From positions 1 through 64,000 of the forward strand of contig JAAILG010000472.1 of NCBI GenBank assembly GCA_012026655.1: a DNA stretch of 64,000 bases, in the 5' to 3' direction. The position numbers and the translations under genes were made by a program. Positions 1 through 9,538 of the stretch are shown one piece after another; position 1 is the stretch's first letter; every line of letters starts with the position of its first letter. Origin of the DNA: Hydrolagus affinis. Its lineage: Eukaryota. Below the pieces are notes generated by a model that was not told the origin of the DNA, did no database searches, and worked only from the letters and a program-made list of their open reading frames with translations.

Positions 1-198
1 CCCCCCACACAGAGGGTAAGGGAGGGAAGAAAAGCGATTGTGTAAAAAAAAAGGGGTTTGTGCCAAAACGAATGACAGCCAAGGTTTTCAGTGAATCCGC
101 AGCACGTTTGTTTAGGGGGAAATCAGATTGCTGATCCGGCTTTCTGCTGGTCTGACTCGTGACTTGCAATCTTGGATGGGTTTCATGTGGTTTGGCAG

Positions 199-640
199 TG
201 TGTCTGTGTGTGTACAGTATATGTCTGTGTGTGTACAGTATATGTGTGTCTGTGTGTACAGTATATGTGTGTCTGTGTGTACAGTATATGTGTGTGTGTC
301 TGTGTGTGTACAGTATATGTGTGTGTGTGTGTGTGTACAGTATATGTGTGTGTATGTCTGTGTGTGTACAGTATATGTGTGTCTGTGTGTACAGTATATG
401 TGTGNNNNNNNNNNNNNNNNNNNNNNNNNNNNNNNNNNNNNNNNNNNNNNNNNNNNNNNNNNNNNNNNNNNNNNNNNNNNNNNNNNNNNNNNNNNNNNNN
501 NNNNNNNNNNNNNNNNNNNNNNNNNNNNNNNNNNNNNNNNNNNNNNNNNNNNNNNNNNNNNNNNNNNNNNNNNNNNNNNNNNNNNNNNNNNNNNNNNNNT
601 GTGTACAGTATATGTGTGTGTGAGAGAGAGAGTGTGTGTG
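199..640. repeat. Minisatellite, ~20-26 bp unit (TG)n-TACAGTA-TA-(TG)n-TC, spanning an assembly gap
   Basis: Repeated GTGTACAGTATATGTGT units on both sides of the N run. Confidence 0.95.
405..599. other. Assembly gap (195 N)
   Basis: Run of N. Confidence 1.
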
Positions 641-748
641 TTATGATGTTTCTGTTAACGTTAATGCAGAAGGGAAAGGGCATTTTTGACGCTTCTTTCA
701 AACCAATCAATGGTCTTTGTGTTGATTTTTTTTCACAAAACACTCACT

Positions 749-751
<3 letters not shown>

Positions 752-794
<43 letters not shown>

Positions 795-798
795 TACA
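752..798. repeat. Compound (CT)n(CA)n microsatellite
   Basis: Direct reading. Confidence 0.95.
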
Positions 799-1402
799 CC
801 AGCAGCATTTAGCGGAACGAGTCCGTTATTTTTACATCTTCCGGCTAAACAGTCACAACAATCTGAAGCCTGTGATGCATTTCCTTCTGGGCTGGAAAAT
901 AACAGTTTCTTTCTTCTTCCTTTGCTTCAGAAAGTTGACTCATTTGAACTTTTGAGCGTTTACGCGATCGCCAGTCACGCCTGGAAAACGTGAACTGGGC
1001 GTTTTGCGAACACGGGGATTACCTATGAGCTCAGGTACAGCAATGCACCTGAGAAACGCATTATTATCACAGAGGGACCTTCTGCAAAACACCCTGTTTG
1101 TGAAGCCGCACCAGGTGCTGAGCCGTCAGATGGGTCCAGATGCAATCACTTGTGACGCATTCGTACCGTTTCTATTTTGGGAGAAAAGGGGGAGTAGAAA
1201 CCAAAGTGATTCTCAGTGTGGCCGGGTCCACTACCACCACAACATGAATGAAACGCTCGCCTGACTGACTTTTGCTTTGGAAGGTTTGAACTCTCATCTG
1301 GAGAGTGAGTCAAACTGGACTTTTTACATCACTCCCTCCTACCCCTCCCTCCCTCCCTCCCTCTCCCTCCCTTTGGCGACCACAATACACTTACTTACAC
1401 GT

Positions 1403-1720
1403 GGAGTCCTGTAGCCCAGGGGTTTCGGGGGCACCCGCCTTACAAGCGAGAAAGCTGGGTTCGATTCCGGGCAGCTCAGGGCGAAACCTCGGACTGGTTC
1501 CCTTACTCCACATGCCTGGTAATAATCCCTCGAAGAAAGCTATAGTAAATTGGTCATTTCACTCCACGACTGTTTGTGGGACAAGGCTGTGCGCTATTGG
1601 CTGCCGAGTTTTGCTCACAGATATGCAGCCAATTCACTTTACAGTGTATTCTGTGAAATGCTTTGAGATGCCTAGAAGACGTGAAAAGCTCTATATCAAC
1701 TGCAAGGATTACGATTATTA
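1403..1720 (+). mobile_element. tRNA-derived SINE, short form, full length
   Basis: GGAGTCCTGTAGC head, B-box GGTTCGATTCC, body CTGTTTGTGGGAC...GGCTGCC, tail GCAAGGATTACGATTATTA; many homologous copies in the window. Confidence 0.9.
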
Positions 1721-1724
1721 ATTG

Positions 1725-1858
1725 TACCGCGCCTCTCACGAGGACGTCCTAAGGCACTGGACAGTCAACGTTTCAGACCCGAGCTGCGGTGGGGATCGGG
1801 GAGGGTGGAGGGAAAAAGGAGGGGATTTGAGGTGACCGATAGGACCGTCGAAGAGGAA
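1725..1858 (-). mobile_element. L2 LINE 3' end fragment
   Basis: Reverse complement matches the L2 3' ends at 19433-19633 and 27430-27615. Confidence 0.65.
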
Positions 1859-2327
1859 TCTATGCAACTCAGAACTAATTCAGTTGCCAGGTTATACCAA
1901 TTCAGTGCGACTCGATAATACCCAATGTTATCTCTCAGCATTGTAGCTGTCAAATATTTACACTTTTATTCTATCTTAGAGACGTATTGCAGGAGGGTAA
2001 ATACAGTTTAAATTGTTTCGCAGGATTCGAGATATTATCTTTCATTGTTTTAACAAAGGCACCTTTGTTCTGATCTCAAAAGTGACAATTAGAAAGTCTA
2101 CCGGTGTTTACATTAGTTGGATATTTACTGTGCTATTGAATGTAGACTTTTATTTTGAAAGCCAAAAAGTGGTTTGTGTTGGTTAGATATTTTAGTGTGT
2201 ATTTTAGTGTGGCCAAATGCCTTGTGATATTCACATGTCAGATCAAATCTCTTTGCTGGCGGAGTGAGTGTTCACATTTTAATATGGTGATATAAAAGTA
2301 TATCAAGTGAAACCTACTAAATTACCT

Positions 2328-2553
2328 AACGCAGTGGTTCGAGCACTCGCCTCACAAGCGGGAGACCTGGGTTCAATTCCTGGCAGGTCAAAACCTTGGG
2401 CAAGGTTCCTACTCCACACGCCTGATACTAATCACTCCACAAAAAGAAACAACAATAGATTGGTCACTTCAATTCACAACTGTTTGTGGGATACTGCTGT
2501 GTGGAATTGATTGCTGCGTTTCGCCCACAAATGTACAGTCAATTCACGTTACA
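2328..2553 (+). mobile_element. tRNA-derived SINE, 3'-truncated by a CR1 fragment
   Basis: GCAGTGGTTCGAGCACTCGCCTCACAAGCG head and body as in other copies. Confidence 0.85.
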
Positions 2554-2554
2554 G

Positions 2555-2895
2555 CAAACCCGTCCTCCCCAAATAACCATCCAATTCTCTTTCACAAGTT
2601 GTTATCGAATCGGCCTCCACCACCCGTTCCGGCAATTAATTCAAGATTCGAACAACTGGCTGTGTGAAAACATTTCTCCTCACCTCCCCTCTGCTTCTCT
2701 TTGAAACTCTTTTAAATCTGTGATCTCGAGTCACTGACACACCCACCAGTGGAAACAGTTTTTCCCTGTTTACCCTATCGAATCCCCTCATGATTTTGAA
2801 AACCTCTATTAGGTCTCCTCTTAATCTTCTCTGCTCCAATGAGAATAATCCTAGCCTCTAGTCTTTCCTCATAACCGAAGTCCCTAATTCCTGGT
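2555..2895 (-). mobile_element. CR1 LINE ORF2 C-terminal fragment
   Basis: ORF 2636-2839(-) [24 protein letters not shown]...TR.H..K......FTQ.VVRI is a typical CR1 ORF2 C-terminus. Confidence 0.9.
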
Positions 2896-3004
2896 TTTAG
2901 ATATGTTAGTGACTATCTTATGTATATATATATATATATATATATGTGCGCTGTTGTTATGGACTCGCCAACAGTGTAAACAACCTGTCTAGGTCAACCT
3001 AATT

Positions 3005-3276
3005 GAAAACCTTCAAACTTTTCAATCTCTATTAGACCCCCATCAATTATTTCAGGGAAAATGTCTCTAACCTATCCAGTGTTTTCTGAGAGAGCAATTG
3101 GTATTCTGTCTTCTTTGGTAACATCCTGATTAATCTATGTTATACTCACTCCACTGCAACAGAATCCTAGAACTACACACCGTAATTCAAATGTGCCATA
3201 ATAAAAGTTTTACACTGATTTTTTAACATTACTTCCTGTGTTTGTATCCTACGCCTCCGGAAATGAAGCCAGGGAC
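3005..3276 (-). mobile_element. Old, decayed CR1 fragment
   Basis: Degenerate nucleotide similarity to the CR1 copy at 51130-51805. Confidence 0.5.
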
Positions 3277-3459
3277 TTTAATTACATAAACATGCTGTAA
3301 TAGCTTATTATACATCTACACAGATGGTAGAAATGCTAACGTTAATATTACCAGTTAAATCTTGTAGGTATAAAAGCTTTTGTGTTAATAATAGAATTGG
3401 AGGGCTGATGGCAAATTGGAGTTGTAAATGATGTGGAAACCGAGCTTCAAATTTTGTGG

Positions 3460-4190
3460 TGTCGGTGTTGCCCAGTTGGTAACACTCTCGCTTCTGAGTC
3501 AGAAAGTTGTGGTCTCAGCCTCACTTTGGGATTTGAGCTCATAGTTTCCGCTGCTAGTTCCTAGTGCAGGGGTGGGGACTGTTGAATTGTTGGAGGTATA
3601 AGACATTGACTTGAGGTGCTGTGTGTCTATTTGAGTGGATATGAAACATTCCATGACAATACAGTGTTTGAAAAGAGAAGCTTAATAATAATCCTTGCAT
3701 TTGGTATTGCGCTTTTCACGTCTTCTAGACGTCTCAAAGTGCTCCACAGAATATCCTGTAAAGTGGATTGATTGTATATATGTGGGCGAAACGCGGTAGC
3801 CAATTGCACACAGCAGTGTCCCACAAACAGTGGTGGATTGAAATTACCAATTTATTATTGTTTTTTTCCGAGGAATTATTACTATGCGTGTGGAGTAAGG
3901 AAACTTGCCCAAGGTTTCGCCCGGCTGGGAATTGAACCGAGGTCTCTCACTTGTAAGGCGAGTGCTCTCACCACTGAGCTACAGGACTCCCAACAAACCT
4001 TCTGCTAAAATTAGTCATTCACTTCATGACTTCTCTTCATGGTACTGTAAATTGCTGTGTGAGAATTAGCTGTTGTATTTGCAGACACTTAAACATTCAG
4101 CCACCATACTTCGCAGTAATATTCCTGAGAAGAGCTTTGAGACGTCTGACGGAGCGCTAAGGCTCTATATCAAAAGCAAAAATTATTATT
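3460..4190 (+). mobile_element. Old Deu-domain SINE (SacSINE1-like), split by a younger SINE
   Basis: Head CACTCTCGCTTCTGAGTCAGAAAGTTGTGG; central GAGTGGATATGAAACATTCCATGAC...GAAAAGAGAAG; 3' part resumes after 3990. Confidence 0.7.
3683..3990 (-). mobile_element. tRNA-derived SINE, short form, full length, nested in a DeuSINE
   Basis: Reverse complement begins GGAGTCCTGTAGCTCAGTGGTGAGAGCACTCGCCTTACAAG and ends GCAAGGATTATTATTA. Confidence 0.92.
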
Positions 4191-5487
4191 AGAGTTGTAA
4201 AAGATAATTATTTATTACGTTACTGCCAGGTCGTTGTCTGAAGTTAATTGAATTTATGCTGATTCATTTTACGACTCGGCCAAGTTAAGAGATTCTGACA
4301 GTAGATCTCTGATCTACTTGCTTTGCCGTTCTGTTTCCAGTTTCTTTTTGTTTGTGATTGATTGTGTGATTGTATAATGTGCTATTATTCATAGAAAATG
4401 AACAAACTCTGGTTTTAAAATTCTCTCAGCAGCGTTAACATAGGTCCAAAGAGTGATCAGACTAAGTAGGCTTAATGTAGTTATTAACTGAAAAATAACA
4501 GAGGACAAATTTGACTGCTTCCTTAACTATTACTGAGTGTTGGGGGTGGGGAGGGCAGTGTAATTTCAGATGAATAATACACAGACCAGCTGCACTGGGG
4601 TAGAAAAAAAGGTTTATTTCATTAGTGCTGATATTGTGTGTGTGTGAGAGAGAGATTAGCAGTAATTGGAAATTGGGCTCACCTTGTATTGCGAAATCTT
4701 TTTATGGTTTTTGAAAGTTTAATAAGTGTTCTCATTCTAAACACCACAGAAGAATTTATGCAGAGTCAAAAGTTACCTTCTTTTTCTTCAGAGAATACCA
4801 CAAGCTAAGAAAGATTTTATTGATTGCAGATTTACACCAGAAAAACATACTGTGGGACATCAGCTGACTGAAAAATGCATCTGTTCCAAAAAGGGCATCA
4901 GATTTTGTGGTTGAATGATTGCAAAATTATGGTAATGAAACTTCTGATTGCAAGCTAGGGTGATGGGAAATACAGTACAGGAAGAAAGAGAGCATAGTGA
5001 AAAAATGATCGTCACAATACTTCAGCTGGTGGAAAATATATCATCTTGCAAGTTTAAGTGGGAATCAATGACCAAATAAGATTGCAGATGCAGATAAATA
5101 AGTTCTTTGCTTTGACAATTAAATGATGCCTGAAGAATGATTATTCTAACTTGATCAGTGTAACGTTAGTTAAACTATTAGACACTTTATTTGTGGATCA
5201 CGTTGTATATTTCTACATCTGCTCTATCTGCAATCATTGTTACATCATGAATGCTGCCTGATTGATCTGTATATATATATATATATCAATTTGAGTCTTG
5301 GTGAAATAAAATGGTTCTTTAATATAGACTACAGCAATTTGAACACAATATTTTAGATATAATTTTACAAAACTTCCAAATATTTAAATATCCATTAAGT
5401 ATGAACAAGCAGCTTTGCAAGAATGACTAGCTAAGGCTTATCTGTCACAATGTCTTGGAGCAACCTTGCTGTAAAGGTATATAAAAA

Positions 5488-5962
5488 TCATAATAATACT
5501 TGCATTTCGCGTTGGGAAGAAACACTTCACACGATTTACTGCAAACGGAAGTGACTGTGTATTTTTTAGCTGAGCGCAGCAGCCAGTTTGCACACAGCAA
5601 CGTTTCACAAACAGCCATGATGTAAATGATAATCTTATCTGGATGTTTGTTGAGCAGGATCTTGGCAGACTGAACAAAGGATGGCAGCAGCTAGGATACT
5701 GTATTCAGTTAGGGAATAGCTCAATGTTGTAATGGGAAGGTGGTAAAAATTAATATATAGCAGGCTGATTATCACCTTAGACAATACAGTACTGCTGTTC
5801 CTGAGCAAGGTAGAAACACCACAGCTCCCAACAAGTTAATAACAATAATAATAATCCTTGCATTTGATATGGCGCCTTATCACATCTTTGAGACATCTCA
5901 AAGCGCTTCACAGAATTTACCGTAAAGTGAATTGACTATATATTTTGTGGGTGAAATGTGCA
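5488..5962 (-). mobile_element. Two SINE 3' fragments (~5488-5675 Deu-type; ~5847-5962)
   Basis: TAATAAT..CTTGCATTT tails and CAAAGCGCTTCACAG body. Confidence 0.7.
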
Positions 5963-6760
5963 TCTACGGTGATATGTTCATTGCTGCCCTGATTTTGTGG
6001 TCAGCACCTTTGGATGTCCTCTCGATGTGAAATACTCTATACAAATTTTGTTGCATATGGAGTATTAATCACATTGGCATTCTAGTAGTGAGACAGTAGG
6101 ACTGATATTTTGGAAGGAGATCAAATGTGCTATTTTCCATCCAAAACGTTCCTATATCCTTATAATTGGAATACCATTGTTCACTCATCAGATACTTTGG
6201 GGTCGATGCAAAATGACAGTTGTGTTTAGTTTTAGTGTAGTGCTTTGCTGCCTAGTAGTGTGTTTTTGTTCGCTCTACATGGATTGTAGCTGCAGATGTC
6301 ACTGGAAGCAGGCGAGGACTTGTAGAATCATCAGAAGGTTATCTCAGAATAATATTCACGTGGATCTCATTTAAAAACAAAAAGGAATGTATGGATTTTT
6401 GGAGGTGACAGCATTGTGGGGAGAAGAAGAGAAGAAGAGAAATATAGCATCAGTAAAATTTCTTTGTGTTCCAAATGTCAGGCTGCAACTTCAGTCAAAG
6501 AAGTCGTGGTACTAGGAATGTTGGTGGCATTGAGTCATAGTGTCTGTGTTTCGGTGGTTTAAATATGCACAAGATAAATGCTTTGTCTTAAGTGATTGTT
6601 ATGAGTAATAATTCAATGACTATACATAGGTAATCGTGCTTCTCGTCTTGTTCCCACCGCTAATCTTTTACATTTTGGGGGATGGGAACTTTGGTTTCTC
6701 TCCAGCTGAAGTGAACTCATTTAGAACTTCTACTTCCCTGCACCCATGAATGCATTTGTA

Positions 6761-7114
6761 GAGTCCCGTAGCATATCGGTTGGAACACTTGCCTTGCAAG
6801 AGAAAGGACCTGGGTTCGATTCCCATTCAGGGTGAAACTTAGGCAAGTTTTCTTACTCCACATGCCTCTGGTTACCTAGCAGTAAGTAGGAGCCCGGTTG
6901 GTAGTCAATTGGCAGATCGCTGTTCTGTGTGTAATAATCCCTTCCAAGAAAACAATAATCATTTGGTCACTCAATCCATGACTGCTGTGCGCAATTGGCT
7001 GCCGCTTTTCGCCCACAAAATATACAGTCAATTCCCTTTATAGTATATTCTATGAAGTGCTTTGAGACGTCTCGAAGACTAGATGAGGGACGATGTGAAA
7101 TGCAAGGATTATTA
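6761..7114 (+). mobile_element. tRNA-derived SINE, long form
   Basis: Same head and tail as the short form plus an extra ~64 nt (6868-6931, CTGGTTACCTAGCAGTAAGTAGGAGCCCGG...). Confidence 0.9.
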
Positions 7115-7599
7115 GGAGATAAAACTGCCCAACTCCAATGGACGAGGGGAGGAAGCTCCCTTTTCCCCCACCTCATCTGGTGTCCTTTGACTTCTTTAAC
7201 CACTACTATGAATAATATTTTTCTTGGCTGCACCCTAAGTACAAATGCAACGAGACTTGCCAACTGAACACAGTTATAAACATCACGTTGAGAAGCTGCA
7301 TCATCTGGTTTGTTTTCAGGTTATGGTTAGCGTGGAAAATGCTCATTCTCTAATTGGGTTGCCCGAGAGATGATGGTTGGTTGATTGCTTGCTCATGTTT
7401 CATTTGGTTATCAATCAACTATGTATATGAATGGAATTGAGTTGTTCTGGCTTGGTGTCAACCTGACAACAGGGCACTCACTCACTGTTCTATCAATACT
7501 TTTGGCTGCCAGACAGTTGAACCCTTCAAGAATTGTTTCGTGAGTGAGTGATAATGCGCACACGTCTAGTACAATTAGAAAGCAAAAGTCTGTTTGCCA

Positions 7600-7830
7600 A
7601 GTTAAGACCCTTCCTTCCGTAATCCGCAAAGGAGATTCCAAAAGTAATTGAGTACTTTTTCCCCAAATACGCTCTTTCTCCACAACCAAGGCCTCTTTCC
7701 CTTCATCCGCAAAGATTTTATCCTCCCCTCAACCTCACCTTGATCTGTAACTACCTCTATATTCTTCACATTGTTTTTCGTAGCTTGAAAGAAATTTGCT
7801 GTAGTGTCCATCTATGATGGGGACTTTGGA
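7600..7830 (-). mobile_element. Highly decayed CR1 ORF2 fragment (region between EN and RT)
   Basis: ORF 7602-7811(-) GEKVLNYF resembles the CR1 GEVLNEYF motif; weak. Confidence 0.35.
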
Positions 7831-7863
7831 AGGAACAGGCTTAAAATTGCCAAGTTGCCTCTT

Positions 7864-8129
7864 GTGGAGCTCAGTGGTTAGAGCACTCACCTTATAAGCG
7901 AGAATCCTGGGTTCGATTCCAGGCAGGGCAAAACCTTGGGCAAGTTTCCTTGCTCCACACACCTAATAATTCTTTTTAAAACAATTAATAAATTGGTCAT
8001 TTCAATCCACAACTATTTGTGAGACACTGCTGTGCGTAATTGTCTGCCACATTTTACCCACAAATATACAGTCAATTCACTTTACAGTATATTCTGTTAA
8101 GCGCTTTGAGACGTCTCGAAGATGTGATC
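7864..8129 (+). mobile_element. tRNA-derived SINE, short form, lacking the last part of the tail
   Basis: GCTCAGTGGTTAGAGCAC...GGTTCGATTCC; stops within the tail stem-loop. Confidence 0.9.
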
Positions 8130-8131
8130 TA

Positions 8132-8709
8132 GTCATTTCTGTAACGGGAGTTCTGTTGCAGCATTTGTTGGCCGTTGACGTATCCAACCTTCTGCACCGT
8201 GAGGTTTTGGTTGAGTTAGTTATGAACTGGCAGTTTTAGGAAACCGTTTAATTAACTGTACGTTTAAAACATAATGTCTGATTATGTTCAGTTGGACCAT
8301 TTATTCACAATTCGTTTTGACTTTGAAATACTCAAATGACTCGACTAGTCCAAAACTGGAGTCTGTGGCTGGATACCTGTGTCTTTTTGCGTATAATCAG
8401 GTAAAATAATCTTGTTTTTCGTCATTTCTGTAACGGGAGTTCTGTTGCAGCATTTGTTGGCCGTTGACGTATCCAACCTTCTGCACCGTGAGGTTTTGGT
8501 TGAGTTAGTTATGAACTGGCAGTTTTAAGAAACCGTTTAATTAACTGTACGTTTAAAACATAATGTCTGATTATGTTCAGTTGGACCATTTATTCACAAT
8601 TCGTTTTGACTTTGAAATACTCAAATGACTCGACTAGTCCAAAACTGGAGTCTGTGGCTGGATACCTGTGTCTTTTTGTGTATAATCAGGTAAAATAATC
8701 TCGTTTTTC
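8132..8709. repeat. Tandem duplication, 2 x 289 bp (8132-8420, 8421-8709)
   Basis: Both copies start GTCATTTCTGTAACGGGAG; 3 substitutions found by manual comparison. Confidence 0.97.
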
Positions 8710-9145
8710 GGGGCAATTTTATCCTTTCAGCAGTTCCACCCACACAACCTCAGCGATGTCCCATACTTACTCACTGGTAATGTGACTCATCCTACATTCA
8801 TTGCGTGCCTGTGAAGTGCAACTAATTAATCACGTTTAATCAGCTTTCAGTACTTGCTCGAAGACTGCAAGGCATCTGCCAAATTGGTTTAAGTAATAAC
8901 TAATGTTTTGCTTGAATGGGTGACATTTTTATTTAGCACAATTATCGTAAAGCATAAGTGAAATGTTCCTTTCATAGAATTAGATTTTTGGAGTTTTTGT
9001 CACACTTTTCCTCAAATTTGGCAGCTAGTGTATTTTAATCTTTGCATTTGATATAGTGCCTCTCACGTCAAGGGGAAGTGCTTCACAGGACTTACTGTAA
9101 AGTACTATTGTGTTTCTACAGTTTGCATGCAATGGTGTCCAACAA

Positions 9146-9370
9146 ACATAAGAACATAAGAATAAGGAGCAGGAGTAGGCCATTCGCTCCTCACGCCTGC
9201 CCCACCATTCAATAAGATCATGGCCGATCTTCTAATCTAACTCCACCTACACCTTATCCCCATATCCCTTAATCCCTTTATCCATAAGAAATCTGTCAAT
9301 TTCAGTCTTGAATATGTTTAAGGACTGAGCATCTACAGCTTTTTGGAGTAGAGAATTCCATAAATTCCAT
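9146..9370 (-). mobile_element. CR1 3' end, (TTCTTATG)n-tailed family
   Basis: CATAAGAACATAAGAATAAGGAGCAGGAGTAGGCCATTC is the reverse of the CR1 tails at ~30587 and ~47055. Confidence 0.9.
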
Positions 9371-9371
9371 T

Positions 9372-9538
9372 GACTTAATATCTCATCCAAAGGATGGCAC
9401 CTCGAGCAATACAGCACAACACCAGCTCTGCATTAAATTGTCAGCCTAGTCCTTGAGTTCAAAGTCCTAATGTGCAGCTTGAACCCACAACCTTCTGACT
9501 CTGAGGCAAGATTGCTACCAAGTGAGCTAGGCTCACAG
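9372..9538 (-). mobile_element. DeuSINE 5' portion
   Basis: TTGAACCCACAACCTTCTGACTCTGAGGCAAG is the reverse of the DeuSINE tRNA head. Confidence 0.7.

Larger units (their letters stand above)
1..1330 (+). promoter_or_regulatory. CpG-enriched region, probable CpG-island shore / start of a first intron
   Basis: Visibly more CpGs than the rest of the window (e.g. GAGCGTTTACGCGATCGCCAGTCACGC ~954-980); donor-like AGG|GTAAGG with GT at 16-17; AP-1 TGAGTCA at 1306-1312. Confidence 0.4.

Noticed and set aside
128-993. Long ORFs 128-646, 159-623, 172-993 and 183-743
   Set aside because: Translations of the TG minisatellite and the N gap
3917-3990. tRNA-Val-like genes at SINE 5' ends
   Set aside because: All continue into a SINE body and (TTA)n tail and carry scattered mutations; they are SINE heads, not tRNA genes
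4790-4915. Acceptor TTCTTTTTCTTCAG followed by RIPQAKKDFIDC...
   Set aside because: Frame ends in a stop with no convincing donor and no recognisable protein
199-8709. CRISPR-like or prokaryotic defence array
   Set aside because: Repeats lack unique spacers and no cas-like ORFs are present; the sequence is eukaryotic
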